A program made the position numbers and the translations under genes. This document shows, piece by piece, positions 39,744 through 48,299 of a stretch of DNA of 49,659 nucleotides. Source of the DNA: Betaproteobacteria bacterium RIFCSPLOWO2_12_FULL_68_19 (GTDB lineage: Bacteria > Pseudomonadota > Gammaproteobacteria > Burkholderiales > SG8-39); contig MERP01000022.1 of NCBI GenBank assembly GCA_001772055.1, forward strand, positions 623-50,281. Direction: 5' to 3'. Within the stretch, counting starts at the first letter, position 1. Every line of letters begins with the position of its first letter. A model generated the notes under the pieces. That model was not told the origin of the DNA and ran no database searches. It saw only the letters and a program-made list of their open reading frames with translations.

Positions 39744-41720
39744 TCAGTGGTACACCATGAGGGAGAGGGAGCCGTAGTTGAAGGAACGGCCAGCCTCCCG
39801 CTGGCGCGCGAGATCGAAGCGCAGGGCAAGGTCGCGTCCCAGGCTGAAGCGGCTTTCCAGGCCGATCGAGCCCGGCGTATCGTCCTCGCCGAGAAATTGC
39901 CGCAGCACGCGCGCATAGCCGTGCACGCGCAGGCGCGAGGTCACGTCGAGCAGGACGCCGGCGCTTGCCCCGGCGCCGAGTGCGTAGCTGTCTTCCAGCC
40001 GCGAATGCACGCGCAGCCTGGCGTCGAGCATGGCGTAGGCCATGCGGCCGCCCGCGCCCCACGCCGCGCCGGCCCCGGCGTCCACCGAGGCGAGGAGCGG
40101 CCGGCTGCCCTCGCGCACCAGCGCGCGGCGCCAGCCCGCGGACGCCTTCCAGGACCACGAGCGGAAGAACTCGTCGCGCGGCGAGAGCGAAAGGATATCG
40201 ATCGGGATCAGGCTCTCGAGCTGCGTGCCTCCCTCGCGGTAATGGCGGAAGGCGAAGTGGAAGAACTCGGTCTGAGCGCCCGGCACGTAGCCTTCGTCCG
40301 GATCGAGGATGTCGTGGTAGGTGGGGCGCAGGCGCAGCTCGCCGAACTCGCGCCCGGCCTGCGTGCCGGCGCCCAGTGAAAAGCGCGACGAGGCGTGCCC
40401 CTCGTCGGGCCGCGCCGGCGGCTTGATCCCGGGCGCCTGGCTGAGCGCCTGCACGCGGCTGCGCGCAATGAGCAGCTCGCGCGCGAGCGAGCGCGGGTCG
40501 GGGACGTCGGGCTTGCCGATGGCGCGGCGGTACTCCACGTAGTCGTGTCCCGTCTCGAGGACCGCCGCCGCCCGGGCCTCGGGCAGGGCGGAGAGCTTCG
40601 GGTCGTCCGCGCTGATGCTGCGCAAGCTCAGCTCCTTGGTCAGGCTTCGTTCTTCGCCGGACATCGCCGCCAGCCGCCGCGCGATGAGCGTCGCGCTCGC
40701 CGGGCGGTAGGTCGCTCTCGCCGTCAGGCCGGGCGCCGCGGCGACCGCGCGCACCGTGTCGGTCGGCAGCGCCCACCAGCGGAACGGCGAGGCCAGGTCC
40801 AGCTCCGGCCGCGCCACCTGGATCAGGCGCAGGAGATGGTACGAACAGTTCTCGTCGAAGAAGTAGTACGCCCAATAGGCCGGAAGGAGTTCCCAGGCGT
40901 GGCGCAGCACCCGGTCGACCTCCTCCCCGGTGAGGTTGAGCTCGTACTCCCAGAGGTCGCGGTTCTCCAGGTCGCTGTATTCCCGCACCTTGAGGTAGTA
41001 GGGCACGATCGAGAAGGTGCCGGGGTAGCCCCCGAGCAGTCCCTTCACCGCGAAGATGAGGCCGTTGGTCTCGTCGGTATTTGCGGCGAAGTTGATGGTG
41101 TAGGCGAGCAGGCGTGTGCGCTCGTCCTGGTCGCGCGCATCGACGCGCAGCAGCGTGTGCCCGTACATCGAAGAGGGGTTGTTGAGATACGCCGAGGCGA
41201 ACACCAGCGTCAGGCCCTTCGCGTTCAGCGCCTCGCGCCATTCCCGGTAGCGCTCGCACTCCAGGCGCGGCAGGCGCCGGGGGTCGAAGCCGAGCTGCTC
41301 GTCGAGCCACGCGAAGCGCGCAACGAAGGCGCACTGCGGGCTTTGCCGGTTCGGCGTCTCCTCTATTTCTACGGAAAAGGAGGCGAGGGTGGCTTCGAGC
41401 TCGGCCTGCGGGTTGGTCTTGCCCTCGGGGGCGTTGAAAAAGTCCGGGCTGTCGACGAGGCTATGGACCCCGGGCGCGCCCATGTTGGGCACGTAGTGCA
41501 GGAGCTTGTGCCATTCGGGGCGCTCGGCGAGGCCGAGCGCGCGCGAGCGCGCGGCGAGCTCGGCCAGGTAGGCGGGATCGACCGGGGCGGCGGCGGCGAG
41601 GGGCGCGACGAGGGCAAGCCACAAGCCAAAAAAAACCCTGTGGGGACACCACAGGGTTTTCGTGAACTGCCTTGCTTCTGCTACGTCAGAGCGCTGCCGT
41701 GTAGCGCGCCAGACGGGCAT
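39744..41720 (-). CDS. DUF4105 (Lnb N-terminal periplasmic domain family) protein with a beta-rich C-terminal extension
   Basis: Motifs SSMYGHTLLRV and YFFDENCSYHLLRL are typical of DUF4105. The last ~250 aa show an alternating hydrophobic pattern. The start is ambiguous: ATG 41720 (track ORF) or TTG 41624, just after the terminator. Confidence 0.72.
   Translation of the reverse strand: MPVWRATRQRSDVAEARQFTKTLWCPHRVFFGLWLALVAPLAAAAPVDPAYLAELAARSRALGLAERPEWHKLLHYVPNMGAPGVHSLVDSPDFFNAPEGKTNPQAELEATLASFSVEIEETPNRQSPQCAFVARFAWLDEQLGFDPRRLPRLECERYREWREALNAKGLTLVFASAYLNNPSSMYGHTLLRVDARDQDERTRLLAYTINFAANTDETNGLIFAVKGLLGGYPGTFSIVPYYLKVREYSDLENRDLWEYELNLTGEEVDRVLRHAWELLPAYWAYYFFDENCSYHLLRLIQVARPELDLASPFRWWALPTDTVRAVAAAPGLTARATYRPASATLIARRLAAMSGEERSLTKELSLRSISADDPKLSALPEARAAAVLETGHDYVEYRRAIGKPDVPDPRSLARELLIARSRVQALSQAPGIKPPARPDEGHASSRFSLGAGTQAGREFGELRLRPTYHDILDPDEGYVPGAQTEFFHFAFRHYREGGTQLESLIPIDILSLSPRDEFFRSWSWKASAGWRRALVREGSRPLLASVDAGAGAAWGAGGRMAYAMLDARLRVHSRLEDSYALGAGASAGVLLDVTSRLRVHGYARVLRQFLGEDDTPGSIGLESRFSLGRDLALRFDLARQREAGRSFNYGSLSLMVYH
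41628..41660 (-). terminator. Rho-independent terminator downstream of the DUF3015 gene
   Basis: Minus strand: AAAACCCTGTGG-TGTCC-CCACAGGGTTTTTTTT. The GC-rich stem is 8 to 9 bp, the loop 5 nt and the T tract 8 nt. It starts 25 nt after the DUF3015 stop. The plus-strand reading has only T4. Confidence 0.75.
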
Positions 41721-42177
41721 CGGCCGCCATCACCTCGCGCAGCGAGGCGACGATCTCGCGGGTCGCCGCTTCGTCGCTCGGGAAGATGCGCGCCAGGTTG
41801 TCCTTGGCGAGGCTCGCGAACGCAGCGCGGTCCTGCGCGTCCACGCCGAGCAGGTGCGCGAGCGAGTCGAGCGCTTCGCCGCTGCCGACCGACATGTCGC
41901 GCGCGAGCTTGTGCTTGTTGCCGTCGATGAACATCGCGGTACGCCACATCGAGCTCACGGCGCCGTCCTGCGTGCAGCCCGACGTGCCGCTGGTGACCGC
42001 GAAGGTCTGGTTGCCCGACGTGCCGTTGGTCGTTGCCGCGAGCACCTGCGGCGCGATGCCCGACTGCCCTTCGAACAGCTTGGAACCCCAGCCGCATGCA
42101 CCGACGTTGTTCTCGCCGGCCGCCATCGCGGCCACAGGGAACGCCGCCATCACAGCTACCGCCAGAATCTTCTTCAT
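41686..42177 (-). CDS. Secreted DUF3015 family protein
   Basis: Signal peptide MKKILAVAVMAAFPVAAMA, then GACGWGSKLFEGQSG...TSGTSGC. This matches the DUF3015 pattern as I recall it. 163 aa. Confidence 0.78.
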   Translation of the reverse strand: MKKILAVAVMAAFPVAAMAAGENNVGACGWGSKLFEGQSGIAPQVLAATTNGTSGNQTFAVTSGTSGCTQDGAVSSMWRTAMFIDGNKHKLARDMSVGSGEALDSLAHLLGVDAQDRAAFASLAKDNLARIFPSDEAATREIVASLREVMAADARLARYTAAL

Positions 42178-42436
42178 TGAGGAAACTCCCCTAGAGTTGA
42201 GCGTGGAGAAAACTGCGGATCATTCTATTGGCGCGCGGCTGAGCACTGTCAAGGGAACGCTCGAGGCGCGAAGCGAAAAAAGCCTCTCGAAACCGCGGGC
42301 TGTAAAACTTGCGCTGACCCATCGTTGTTATTTCGCAACAAGCGCCCACCCGGTCCGCCCCGGGAGCGCCGAGGCCGGTCCAACGCTCCCGGCCATTCGT
42401 TGTAGTGTTGAGCCCGGCATCAAAACGGGGGAACTC

Positions 42437-43039
42437 ATGAACAAGAAAGAAGCTTGGGCGATTCTCGGCATCCTGCTCGTGCTGGCGCTCGCCGCGCCGG
42501 CGCCCGCCGCGGCGCAGGAGGGCGGCTGGTTCCTGGGCGCCTCGGCCGGAAAAGGCCAGTTCCGCAGCACCTGCACGCTCTATACCGGCGGCACCTGCGA
42601 TCCCGACGACACCGCCTATCGGGTGTTCGGCGGCTTCCGCCCCAGCCCGAACATGCCGATCGAGGTCGGCTACGCCAGCGCGGCCGAAGTCTTCGTCGAC
42701 GCCGTGCGCGTGGACAGCGGCGTGCCGGTCAGCTTCGAGGCCACGCTCAAGGCGCTCGACGTGTCGATCCTTCCCACGTATCCCTTCTCCGAGCGCTTCG
42801 CGGTCTTCGGCCGCCTGGGGCTGTACCGCTCCCAGCTCGAGGTGCGCGGCCTCGGCGCCACCGTGGCCAATGAGAGCGTGCACAACACCGGCTTCACTTT
42901 CGGCGCCGGGCTGCGCATCGACCTCGGCAGCGCCGTCGGGGTGCGCGCGGAATGGCAGCGCTACGACTCCGTCGGCGGCGGCAGCGTCGGCCAGGCCGAC
43001 ATCGACTACGTCAACCTCGGGCTCGAATTGCGCTTCTGA
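42437..43039 (+). CDS. Small outer-membrane beta-barrel protein (OmpA-like barrel / OMP_b-brl type)
   Basis: An internal ATG gives a signal peptide ending APAAAQE. Alternating beta-strand pattern, with the C-terminus ...NLGLELRF ending in Phe. Confidence 0.8.
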   Translation: MNKKEAWAILGILLVLALAAPAPAAAQEGGWFLGASAGKGQFRSTCTLYTGGTCDPDDTAYRVFGGFRPSPNMPIEVGYASAAEVFVDAVRVDSGVPVSFEATLKALDVSILPTYPFSERFAVFGRLGLYRSQLEVRGLGATVANESVHNTGFTFGAGLRIDLGSAVGVRAEWQRYDSVGGGSVGQADIDYVNLGLELRF

Positions 43040-43060
43040 GCTTCCACTAGAATCCCCGGG

Positions 43061-44098
43061 GTGAGCGTCGAAACCGACCGGCTGATCTCGGGCAAGCCCG
43101 TCTCCCCGCAGGAGGAGCAGGTCGAGCGCTCGCTGCGCCCCGCGACGCTCGCCGAGTACGTCGGCCAGGAAAAGGTGCGCGCGCAGCTCGAGATCTTCGT
43201 CGCGGCGGCGCGCGCGCGCGGCGAGGCGCTAGACCACGTGCTGCTGTTCGGCCCGCCCGGGCTGGGCAAGACCACGCTCGCGCACATCATCGCGCGCGAG
43301 CTGGGCGTGAACCTGCGCCATACCTCCGGCCCGGTGCTCGAGCGCCCCGGGGACCTCGCCGCCATCCTGACCAACCTCGAGCCGCGCGACGTGCTGTTCA
43401 TCGACGAAATCCACCGCCTCTCGCCGGTGGTGGAGGAGATCCTGTACCCGGCGCTCGAGGACTTCCAGATCGACATCATGATCGGCGAGGGCCCGGCGGC
43501 GCGCTCGATCAAGCTCGACCTGCCGCCCTTCACGCTCGCCGGCGCCACCACGCGCGCCGGCATGCTCACCAACCCGCTGCGCGACCGCTTCGGCATCGTC
43601 GCGCGCCTGGATTTCTACAGCGCCACCGAGCTCGCGGCGATCGTCCAGCGCTCGGCGGGACTTTTGAAAATTGAACTTGAGAAACAAGGCGGATTCGAAA
43701 TCGCGCGGCGCTCGCGCGGCACCCCGCGCATCGCCAATCGCCTCCTGCGCCGGGTGCGCGACTACGCGCAGGTGAAGGCCGACGGCGCGGTGACCCGGCC
43801 CGTGGCCGAGGCCGCGCTCGCGATGCTGGAAGTCGACGCGCTCGGCCTGGACGTGATGGACCGCAAGCTGCTTTGCGCGGTGATCGAGAAGTTCGCCGGC
43901 GGCCCGGTGGGGCTCGAGAACCTCGCGCACGCGATCGGCGAGGACGCCGAGACCATCGAGGACGTGCTCGAGCCCTTCCTCATCCAGCAGGGCTTCCTGC
44001 AGCGCACGCCGCGCGGGCGCGTCGCCTCGCCCGCGGCCTACCGCCACCTCGGCCTCGCCGCGCCCCCCGCCGCCCGCGACCTGCTCTCCGACGCGTAG
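43061..44098 (+). CDS. ruvB: Holliday junction branch migration DNA helicase RuvB
   Basis: Walker [12 protein letters not shown], Walker B FIDEIHRL, and conserved RuvB sequence throughout. Confidence 0.97.
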   Translation: MSVETDRLISGKPVSPQEEQVERSLRPATLAEYVGQEKVRAQLEIFVAAARARGEALDHVLLFGPPGLGKTTLAHIIARELGVNLRHTSGPVLERPGDLAAILTNLEPRDVLFIDEIHRLSPVVEEILYPALEDFQIDIMIGEGPAARSIKLDLPPFTLAGATTRAGMLTNPLRDRFGIVARLDFYSATELAAIVQRSAGLLKIELEKQGGFEIARRSRGTPRIANRLLRRVRDYAQVKADGAVTRPVAEAALAMLEVDALGLDVMDRKLLCAVIEKFAGGPVGLENLAHAIGEDAETIEDVLEPFLIQQGFLQRTPRGRVASPAAYRHLGLAAPPAARDLLSDA

Positions 44099-44107
44099 CG
44101 TTTTCCG

Positions 44108-44494
44108 TTGAGAATTCCGGTACGGGTTTACTACCAGGACACCGACGCGGGCGGCGTGGTATTCCACGCGCAGTACCTCGCCTTCATGGAGCGCGCGCGC
44201 AGCGAGCTGCTGAACGAGGCGGGGATCGACCTGGGACGCTTCGCCGAGCGCCATGGGCTGCTGTTCATGGTGCATGAGCTGGCCGTGAAATACCACCGGC
44301 CGGCGCGGCTGAACGACATGCTCTCGGTGAGCGCCGAAGTCGTAAAATTGGGCCACGCGAGCCTGGTGTTCCGCCAGCGCGTGGAACGCGACGGCGAGCT
44401 GCTGGTCGAAGCCGACGTCACGCTCGCGCTGGTCGAGCGCGGCCGCATGAGGCCGGCGCGCATCCCGGAAGAACTCGAACAGGCGCTCAAATGA
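44108..44494 (+). CDS. ybgC: Tol-Pal system-associated acyl-CoA thioesterase
   Basis: Hotdog-fold 4HBT motif VYYQDTDAGGVVFHAQY. It sits immediately upstream of tolQ. Confidence 0.9.
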   Translation: MRIPVRVYYQDTDAGGVVFHAQYLAFMERARSELLNEAGIDLGRFAERHGLLFMVHELAVKYHRPARLNDMLSVSAEVVKLGHASLVFRQRVERDGELLVEADVTLALVERGRMRPARIPEELEQALK

Positions 44495-45171
44495 CCTTCA
44501 CGCAGGACCTGGACATCTGGACGCTGATCGTCAACGCCAGCTTCGTGGTCAAGGTGGTGATGGTGCTGCTGCTCGCGGTGTCGTTCATGTCCTGGATGTT
44601 CATCTTCCAGAAATGGTTCGCGATCCGGCGCGCGACGCGCCAGACCGAGCAGTTCGAGCGCGAGTTCTGGAGCGGCAACGACCTGAACGCGCTCTACCAG
44701 GGCGCGGTCAACAACCGCCACACCATCGGCAGCCTGGAGCGCATCTTCGAGGCCGGGTTCCGCGAGTTCGCCAAGCTGCGCGGCCAGCGCGGCACCGACC
44801 CGAGCGACATGGTCGACGGCGCGCGCCGCGCCATGCGCGCCACCTTCCAGCGCGAGATGGACTTCCTCGAGCGCCACCTCTCGTTCCTCGCCTCGACCGG
44901 CTCGGTCAGCCCCTACGTGGGCCTGTTCGGCACGGTGTGGGGAATCATGCACGCCTTCCGCAGCCTCGCCAACGTGCAGCAGGCGACCCTCGCGCAGGTC
45001 GCCCCGGGCATCGCCGAGGCGCTGGTCGCGACCGCGATCGGCCTGTTCGCCGCGATTCCCGCGGTGGTCGCCTATAACCGCTACTCGCACGACATCGACC
45101 GGATGGCGAACCGGTTCCAGAGCTTCATGGAAGAGTTCTCGAACATCCTGCACCGCCAGGCCGTCAGGTAA
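44491..45171 (+). CDS. tolQ: Tol-Pal system protein TolQ
   Basis: 226 aa, MotA/ExbB family, 3 TM helices, with GLFGTVWGIM...APGIAEALVATA. Confidence 0.95.
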   Translation: MTFTQDLDIWTLIVNASFVVKVVMVLLLAVSFMSWMFIFQKWFAIRRATRQTEQFEREFWSGNDLNALYQGAVNNRHTIGSLERIFEAGFREFAKLRGQRGTDPSDMVDGARRAMRATFQREMDFLERHLSFLASTGSVSPYVGLFGTVWGIMHAFRSLANVQQATLAQVAPGIAEALVATAIGLFAAIPAVVAYNRYSHDIDRMANRFQSFMEEFSNILHRQAVR

Positions 45172-45593
45172 TGGCACTGCAGAGGCGACGCGCGCCGATG
45201 CACGAGATCAACGTCGTGCCCTACGTCGACGTGATGCTGGTGCTGCTGGTGATCTTCATGGTGACGGCGCCGCTCATCACGCCCGGCGTGATCGACCTGC
45301 CGACCGTCGACAAGGCGAGCCAGCCGCGCATCGTGCCGCTGGAAGTCTTCGTCAGGGCCGACCGCGGCCTGGTGGTGCGAAGCCGCGACCGCAGCGGCCA
45401 CATCGTCGAGGAAAAGACCGTCTCGCGCGGCGAGCTCGGGGCCTTCATCAAGAAAGCCGGCAAGGCGAGCGAGCTCTCGGTGCTGGTGGGCGGCGACAAG
45501 AACGCGCGCTACGAGGCGGTGCTGCAGGTGATGGACGAGCTGCGCAAGCACGGCGTGCAGAAGGTCGGGCTGCAGGTGAAGACCGCCCAATGA
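45171..45593 (+). CDS. tolR: Tol-Pal system protein TolR
   Basis: 140 aa, ExbD family, with INVVPYVDVMLVLLVIFM. Confidence 0.93.
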   Translation: MALQRRRAPMHEINVVPYVDVMLVLLVIFMVTAPLITPGVIDLPTVDKASQPRIVPLEVFVRADRGLVVRSRDRSGHIVEEKTVSRGELGAFIKKAGKASELSVLVGGDKNARYEAVLQVMDELRKHGVQKVGLQVKTAQ

Positions 45594-46381
45594 GCGCGCA
45601 GGCCGGCGTCCTCGGCTTCGGCTTCGGCGAGCGGCGCGAGCCGGCGCTCGGGCGCTCGTTCGTGCTCGCCTTGCTCATGCACGCGGCGCTGATCGGCGTC
45701 ATGTTCCTGGGCGTGCGCTGGCAGAGCCACGAGCCCGACACCGTCACCGTCGAGCTCTGGGAGGCGCCGCCGCCCCCGCCGCCGCCCGCGCCGAAGGTCG
45801 AGCCGAGGGTGGAGCCGCCCAAGCCGCCGCCGGTCGAGGTGGCGAAGCCCGAGCCCAGGGTGGAGAAGCCCGACATCGCCATCCGCGAGAAGCCCAAGCC
45901 GAAACCGAAGCCAAAGCCCAAGGCCGAGCCGCCCAAGCGGGACCCGGCGTTCGAGAAGCGCCTGCGCGAGCAGGTGGCGATGGAGCAGAAGGCGCTGGAA
46001 GAGCAGCAGCGCGTGCTCGAGGCGCAGCGCCGCGAGCGCGAGCTGCGCGAGCTTCTGGCGCGCCAGCAGGCCGCCGCGCAGGCCGCGGCGCGTGCCAGCG
46101 CGCTCGCCGCCTGGACCGGCAAGATCCGCGCGAAGATCCGCGGCAACATCCCGGTGAGCGTGGTGGAGGAGGTGCGGGGCAATCCCGAGGCGATCTTCGA
46201 CGTCACCCTGCTGCCCACCGGCGAGGTGCTGTCGGTGACCCGGCGCAAGTCGAGCGGCCACCGGGGCTACGACGAGGCGGTGGAGCGCGCCATCCTGAAG
46301 TCCTCCCCGCTGCCCAAGCCGGACGACCCGGGCCTGTTCCAGCGCCGGCTGGAACTTCGCTTCCAGCCGCAAGACAAATAG
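45590..46381 (+). CDS. tolA: Tol-Pal system protein TolA
   Basis: TM anchor, a Pro/Lys/Glu-rich linker, an Ala/Gln/Arg helical region, and a TolA/TonB-like C-terminal domain. Confidence 0.85.
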   Translation: MSAQAGVLGFGFGERREPALGRSFVLALLMHAALIGVMFLGVRWQSHEPDTVTVELWEAPPPPPPPAPKVEPRVEPPKPPPVEVAKPEPRVEKPDIAIREKPKPKPKPKPKAEPPKRDPAFEKRLREQVAMEQKALEEQQRVLEAQRRERELRELLARQQAAAQAAARASALAAWTGKIRAKIRGNIPVSVVEEVRGNPEAIFDVTLLPTGEVLSVTRRKSSGHRGYDEAVERAILKSSPLPKPDDPGLFQRRLELRFQPQDK

Positions 46382-46390
46382 GATGCTCTC

Positions 46391-47710
46391 TTGAAGAATA
46401 ACGGGAGGAGGAGCCGCCACTTGCTCGCACGCCTGTCCCTGCTGCTCGGAGCAGCGCTGCTCGCCTGGCTGCCCGCCTGGCAACCCGAGGCCCGCGCGCA
46501 GCTCTCGATCGAGATCACCGGCGCCGGGGCGCAGCGCATCCCGATCGCCATCGTGCCCTTCGCCGGCGAGGCGGCGCTCGGCCCGGGCTTGAGCGCCATC
46601 GTGCGCGCCGACCTGGAAAGGAGCGGCCTGTTCCGCGGGCTCGAGGTGCCGCCGCTCATCCCGCATCCCACCGAGGCCTCGAGCGTCAACTACGCCGAGT
46701 GGCGCTCGCGCCTCGCCGACGCGCTGGTGCTGGGCTCGGTGGCGACGCGTCCCGACGGCCGCTTCGAGGTGCGCTTTCGCCTGTTCGACACGGTGAAGCA
46801 GGTGGCGCTCGGCGGCATCGCCTACACCCTGTCGAAGGAGCAGGTGCGCGCCACCGCCCACCGCATCGCCGACTTCGTCTACGAGAAGCTCACCGGCGAG
46901 CGCGGCGTGTTCTCCACGCGCATCGCCTACGTGGTGAAGCGCGGCAACCGCTACGAGCTGCAGATCGCCGACGCCGACGGCGCGGGCGCGGAGACCGCGC
47001 TCGCCTCCTTCGAGCCGATCATCTCGCCCGCCTGGTCGCCCGACGGCCGGCGCCTCGCCTACGTCTCGTTCGAGAACAAGAAGCCGGTGGTGTACGTGCA
47101 CTCGCTCACCGACGGCAAGCGCCACGTGGCGGCGAACTTCAAGGGCTCGAACTCGGCCCCGGCCTGGTCGCCCGACGGCGCGCGGCTCGCGGTGTCTCTC
47201 TCGCGCGAGGGCGGGTCGCAGATCTTCCTCATCAACCCCGACGGCGCCGGCCTGCGCCGCATCACCAGCTCGAGCGCGATCGACACCGAGCCGCGCTACT
47301 CGCCCGACGGGCGGTCGATCTACTTCACCTCGGACCGCGGCGGCAGCCCGCAGATCTACCGCATGGGCGCGAGCGGCGGCGAGCCGCAGCGCGTCACCTT
47401 CGAGGGCGGCTATAATGTGTCGCCGCGCATCAGCCCCGACGGCAGGACGCTCGCCTACATCACGCGCAACGGCGGCAGGTTCCAGGTGGCGCTGCTCGAT
47501 CTGGCGAACCGGCAGGTGCAGATCCTCACCGACAGCGACCGCGACGAGTCCCCGAGCTTCGCGCCGAACGGACGCATGATCCTGCACGCCACCGTGCTCG
47601 GCGGCCGCGGCGTGCTCTCGGCGGTATCTGCCGACGGCCGCGTGAAGCAGCGGCTGAGCGCCACCGCCGGCGACGTGCGCGAGCCCGCCTGGGGCCCGTT
47701 TATCGAATGA
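46391..47710 (+). CDS. tolB: Tol-Pal system beta-propeller protein TolB
   Basis: TTG start, a signal peptide, and repeated P(A)WSPDG propeller blades. Confidence 0.95.
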   Translation: MKNNGRRSRHLLARLSLLLGAALLAWLPAWQPEARAQLSIEITGAGAQRIPIAIVPFAGEAALGPGLSAIVRADLERSGLFRGLEVPPLIPHPTEASSVNYAEWRSRLADALVLGSVATRPDGRFEVRFRLFDTVKQVALGGIAYTLSKEQVRATAHRIADFVYEKLTGERGVFSTRIAYVVKRGNRYELQIADADGAGAETALASFEPIISPAWSPDGRRLAYVSFENKKPVVYVHSLTDGKRHVAANFKGSNSAPAWSPDGARLAVSLSREGGSQIFLINPDGAGLRRITSSSAIDTEPRYSPDGRSIYFTSDRGGSPQIYRMGASGGEPQRVTFEGGYNVSPRISPDGRTLAYITRNGGRFQVALLDLANRQVQILTDSDRDESPSFAPNGRMILHATVLGGRGVLSAVSADGRVKQRLSATAGDVREPAWGPFIE

Positions 47711-48294
47711 AAGGAGTGATTGCCATGCGCGCAACCCTGATCGCAACCCTGGCTGCGGCGAGCTGCGCGGCGCTGCTCGCCGCGTGCTCGACCACCCCCC
47801 CGCCGGAGCAGGCCCCCGCGGGCGTGGAGGACCGCAGCCCCGGCGCCGGCAAGCCCGGGGCCTCCCAGCCGGTCGAGCAGAAGCCGATCGCGAGCGTCGA
47901 CCTCACCGCCTCGCGCCAGGACCCGGGCGCCGCGCTCAGGGACCCGAGCAACATCCTCTCGAAGCGCTCGATCTACTACGACTACGACAAGTTCGACGTG
48001 CGCGACGAGTACCGCGGCCTGGTCGAGGCGCACGCCAAGTACCTGCGCGAGAACCCCGGCGCCAAGATCCTGATCCAGGGCAACACCGACGAGCGCGGCA
48101 GCCGGGAGTACAACGTCGGGCTCGGCCAGCGCCGCTCCGACGGCGTGAAGAGGATGCTGCTCCTGCTCGGCGCCAAGGAGAGCCAGATCGAGTCGGTGAG
48201 CCTGGGCGAGGAGAAGCCGCAGTCCGAAGGCCGCGACGAGGAGGCCTGGTCGAAGAACCGGCGCAGCGACATCCTCTACTCGGGCGAGTACTAG
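47707..48294 (+). CDS. pal: Peptidoglycan-associated lipoprotein Pal
   Basis: Lipobox LLAACS and an OmpA-like domain (NTDERGSREYNVGLGQRRSD). The start is either ATG 47707 (ATGA overlap) or ATG 47725. Confidence 0.93.
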   Translation: MKGVIAMRATLIATLAAASCAALLAACSTTPPPEQAPAGVEDRSPGAGKPGASQPVEQKPIASVDLTASRQDPGAALRDPSNILSKRSIYYDYDKFDVRDEYRGLVEAHAKYLRENPGAKILIQGNTDERGSREYNVGLGQRRSDGVKRMLLLLGAKESQIESVSLGEEKPQSEGRDEEAWSKNRRSDILYSGEY

Positions 48295-48299
48295 AGCCG

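Noticed and set aside
39658-41334. 558-aa alternative-frame ORF on the same strand as the DUF4105 gene
   Set aside because: It is extremely Arg/Pro/Ala/Gly-rich with no motifs. The overlapping frame (39744-41720) carries the DUF4105 signatures and is preferred.
41628-41635. A8/T8 homopolymer as a possible slippage or phase-variation tract within the DUF4105 ORF
   Set aside because: It directly follows a perfect GC-rich hairpin 25 nt after a stop codon. The terminator U-tract interpretation explains it fully, and there is no evidence for length variation from a single sequence.
45765-45940. Repetitive CCG/AAG/GAG-rich tract that looks like a tandem repeat
   Set aside because: It is in frame within tolA and encodes the Pro/Lys/Glu-rich periplasm-spanning linker typical of TolA. 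It is not a CRISPR array or a non-coding repeat.
45509-47746. 745-aa ORF antisense to tolA/tolB
   Set aside because: Same reasoning: it mirrors well-supported tol genes and has Arg/Ala/Gly/His-rich low-information sequence with no motifs. It is a GC-driven artefact.
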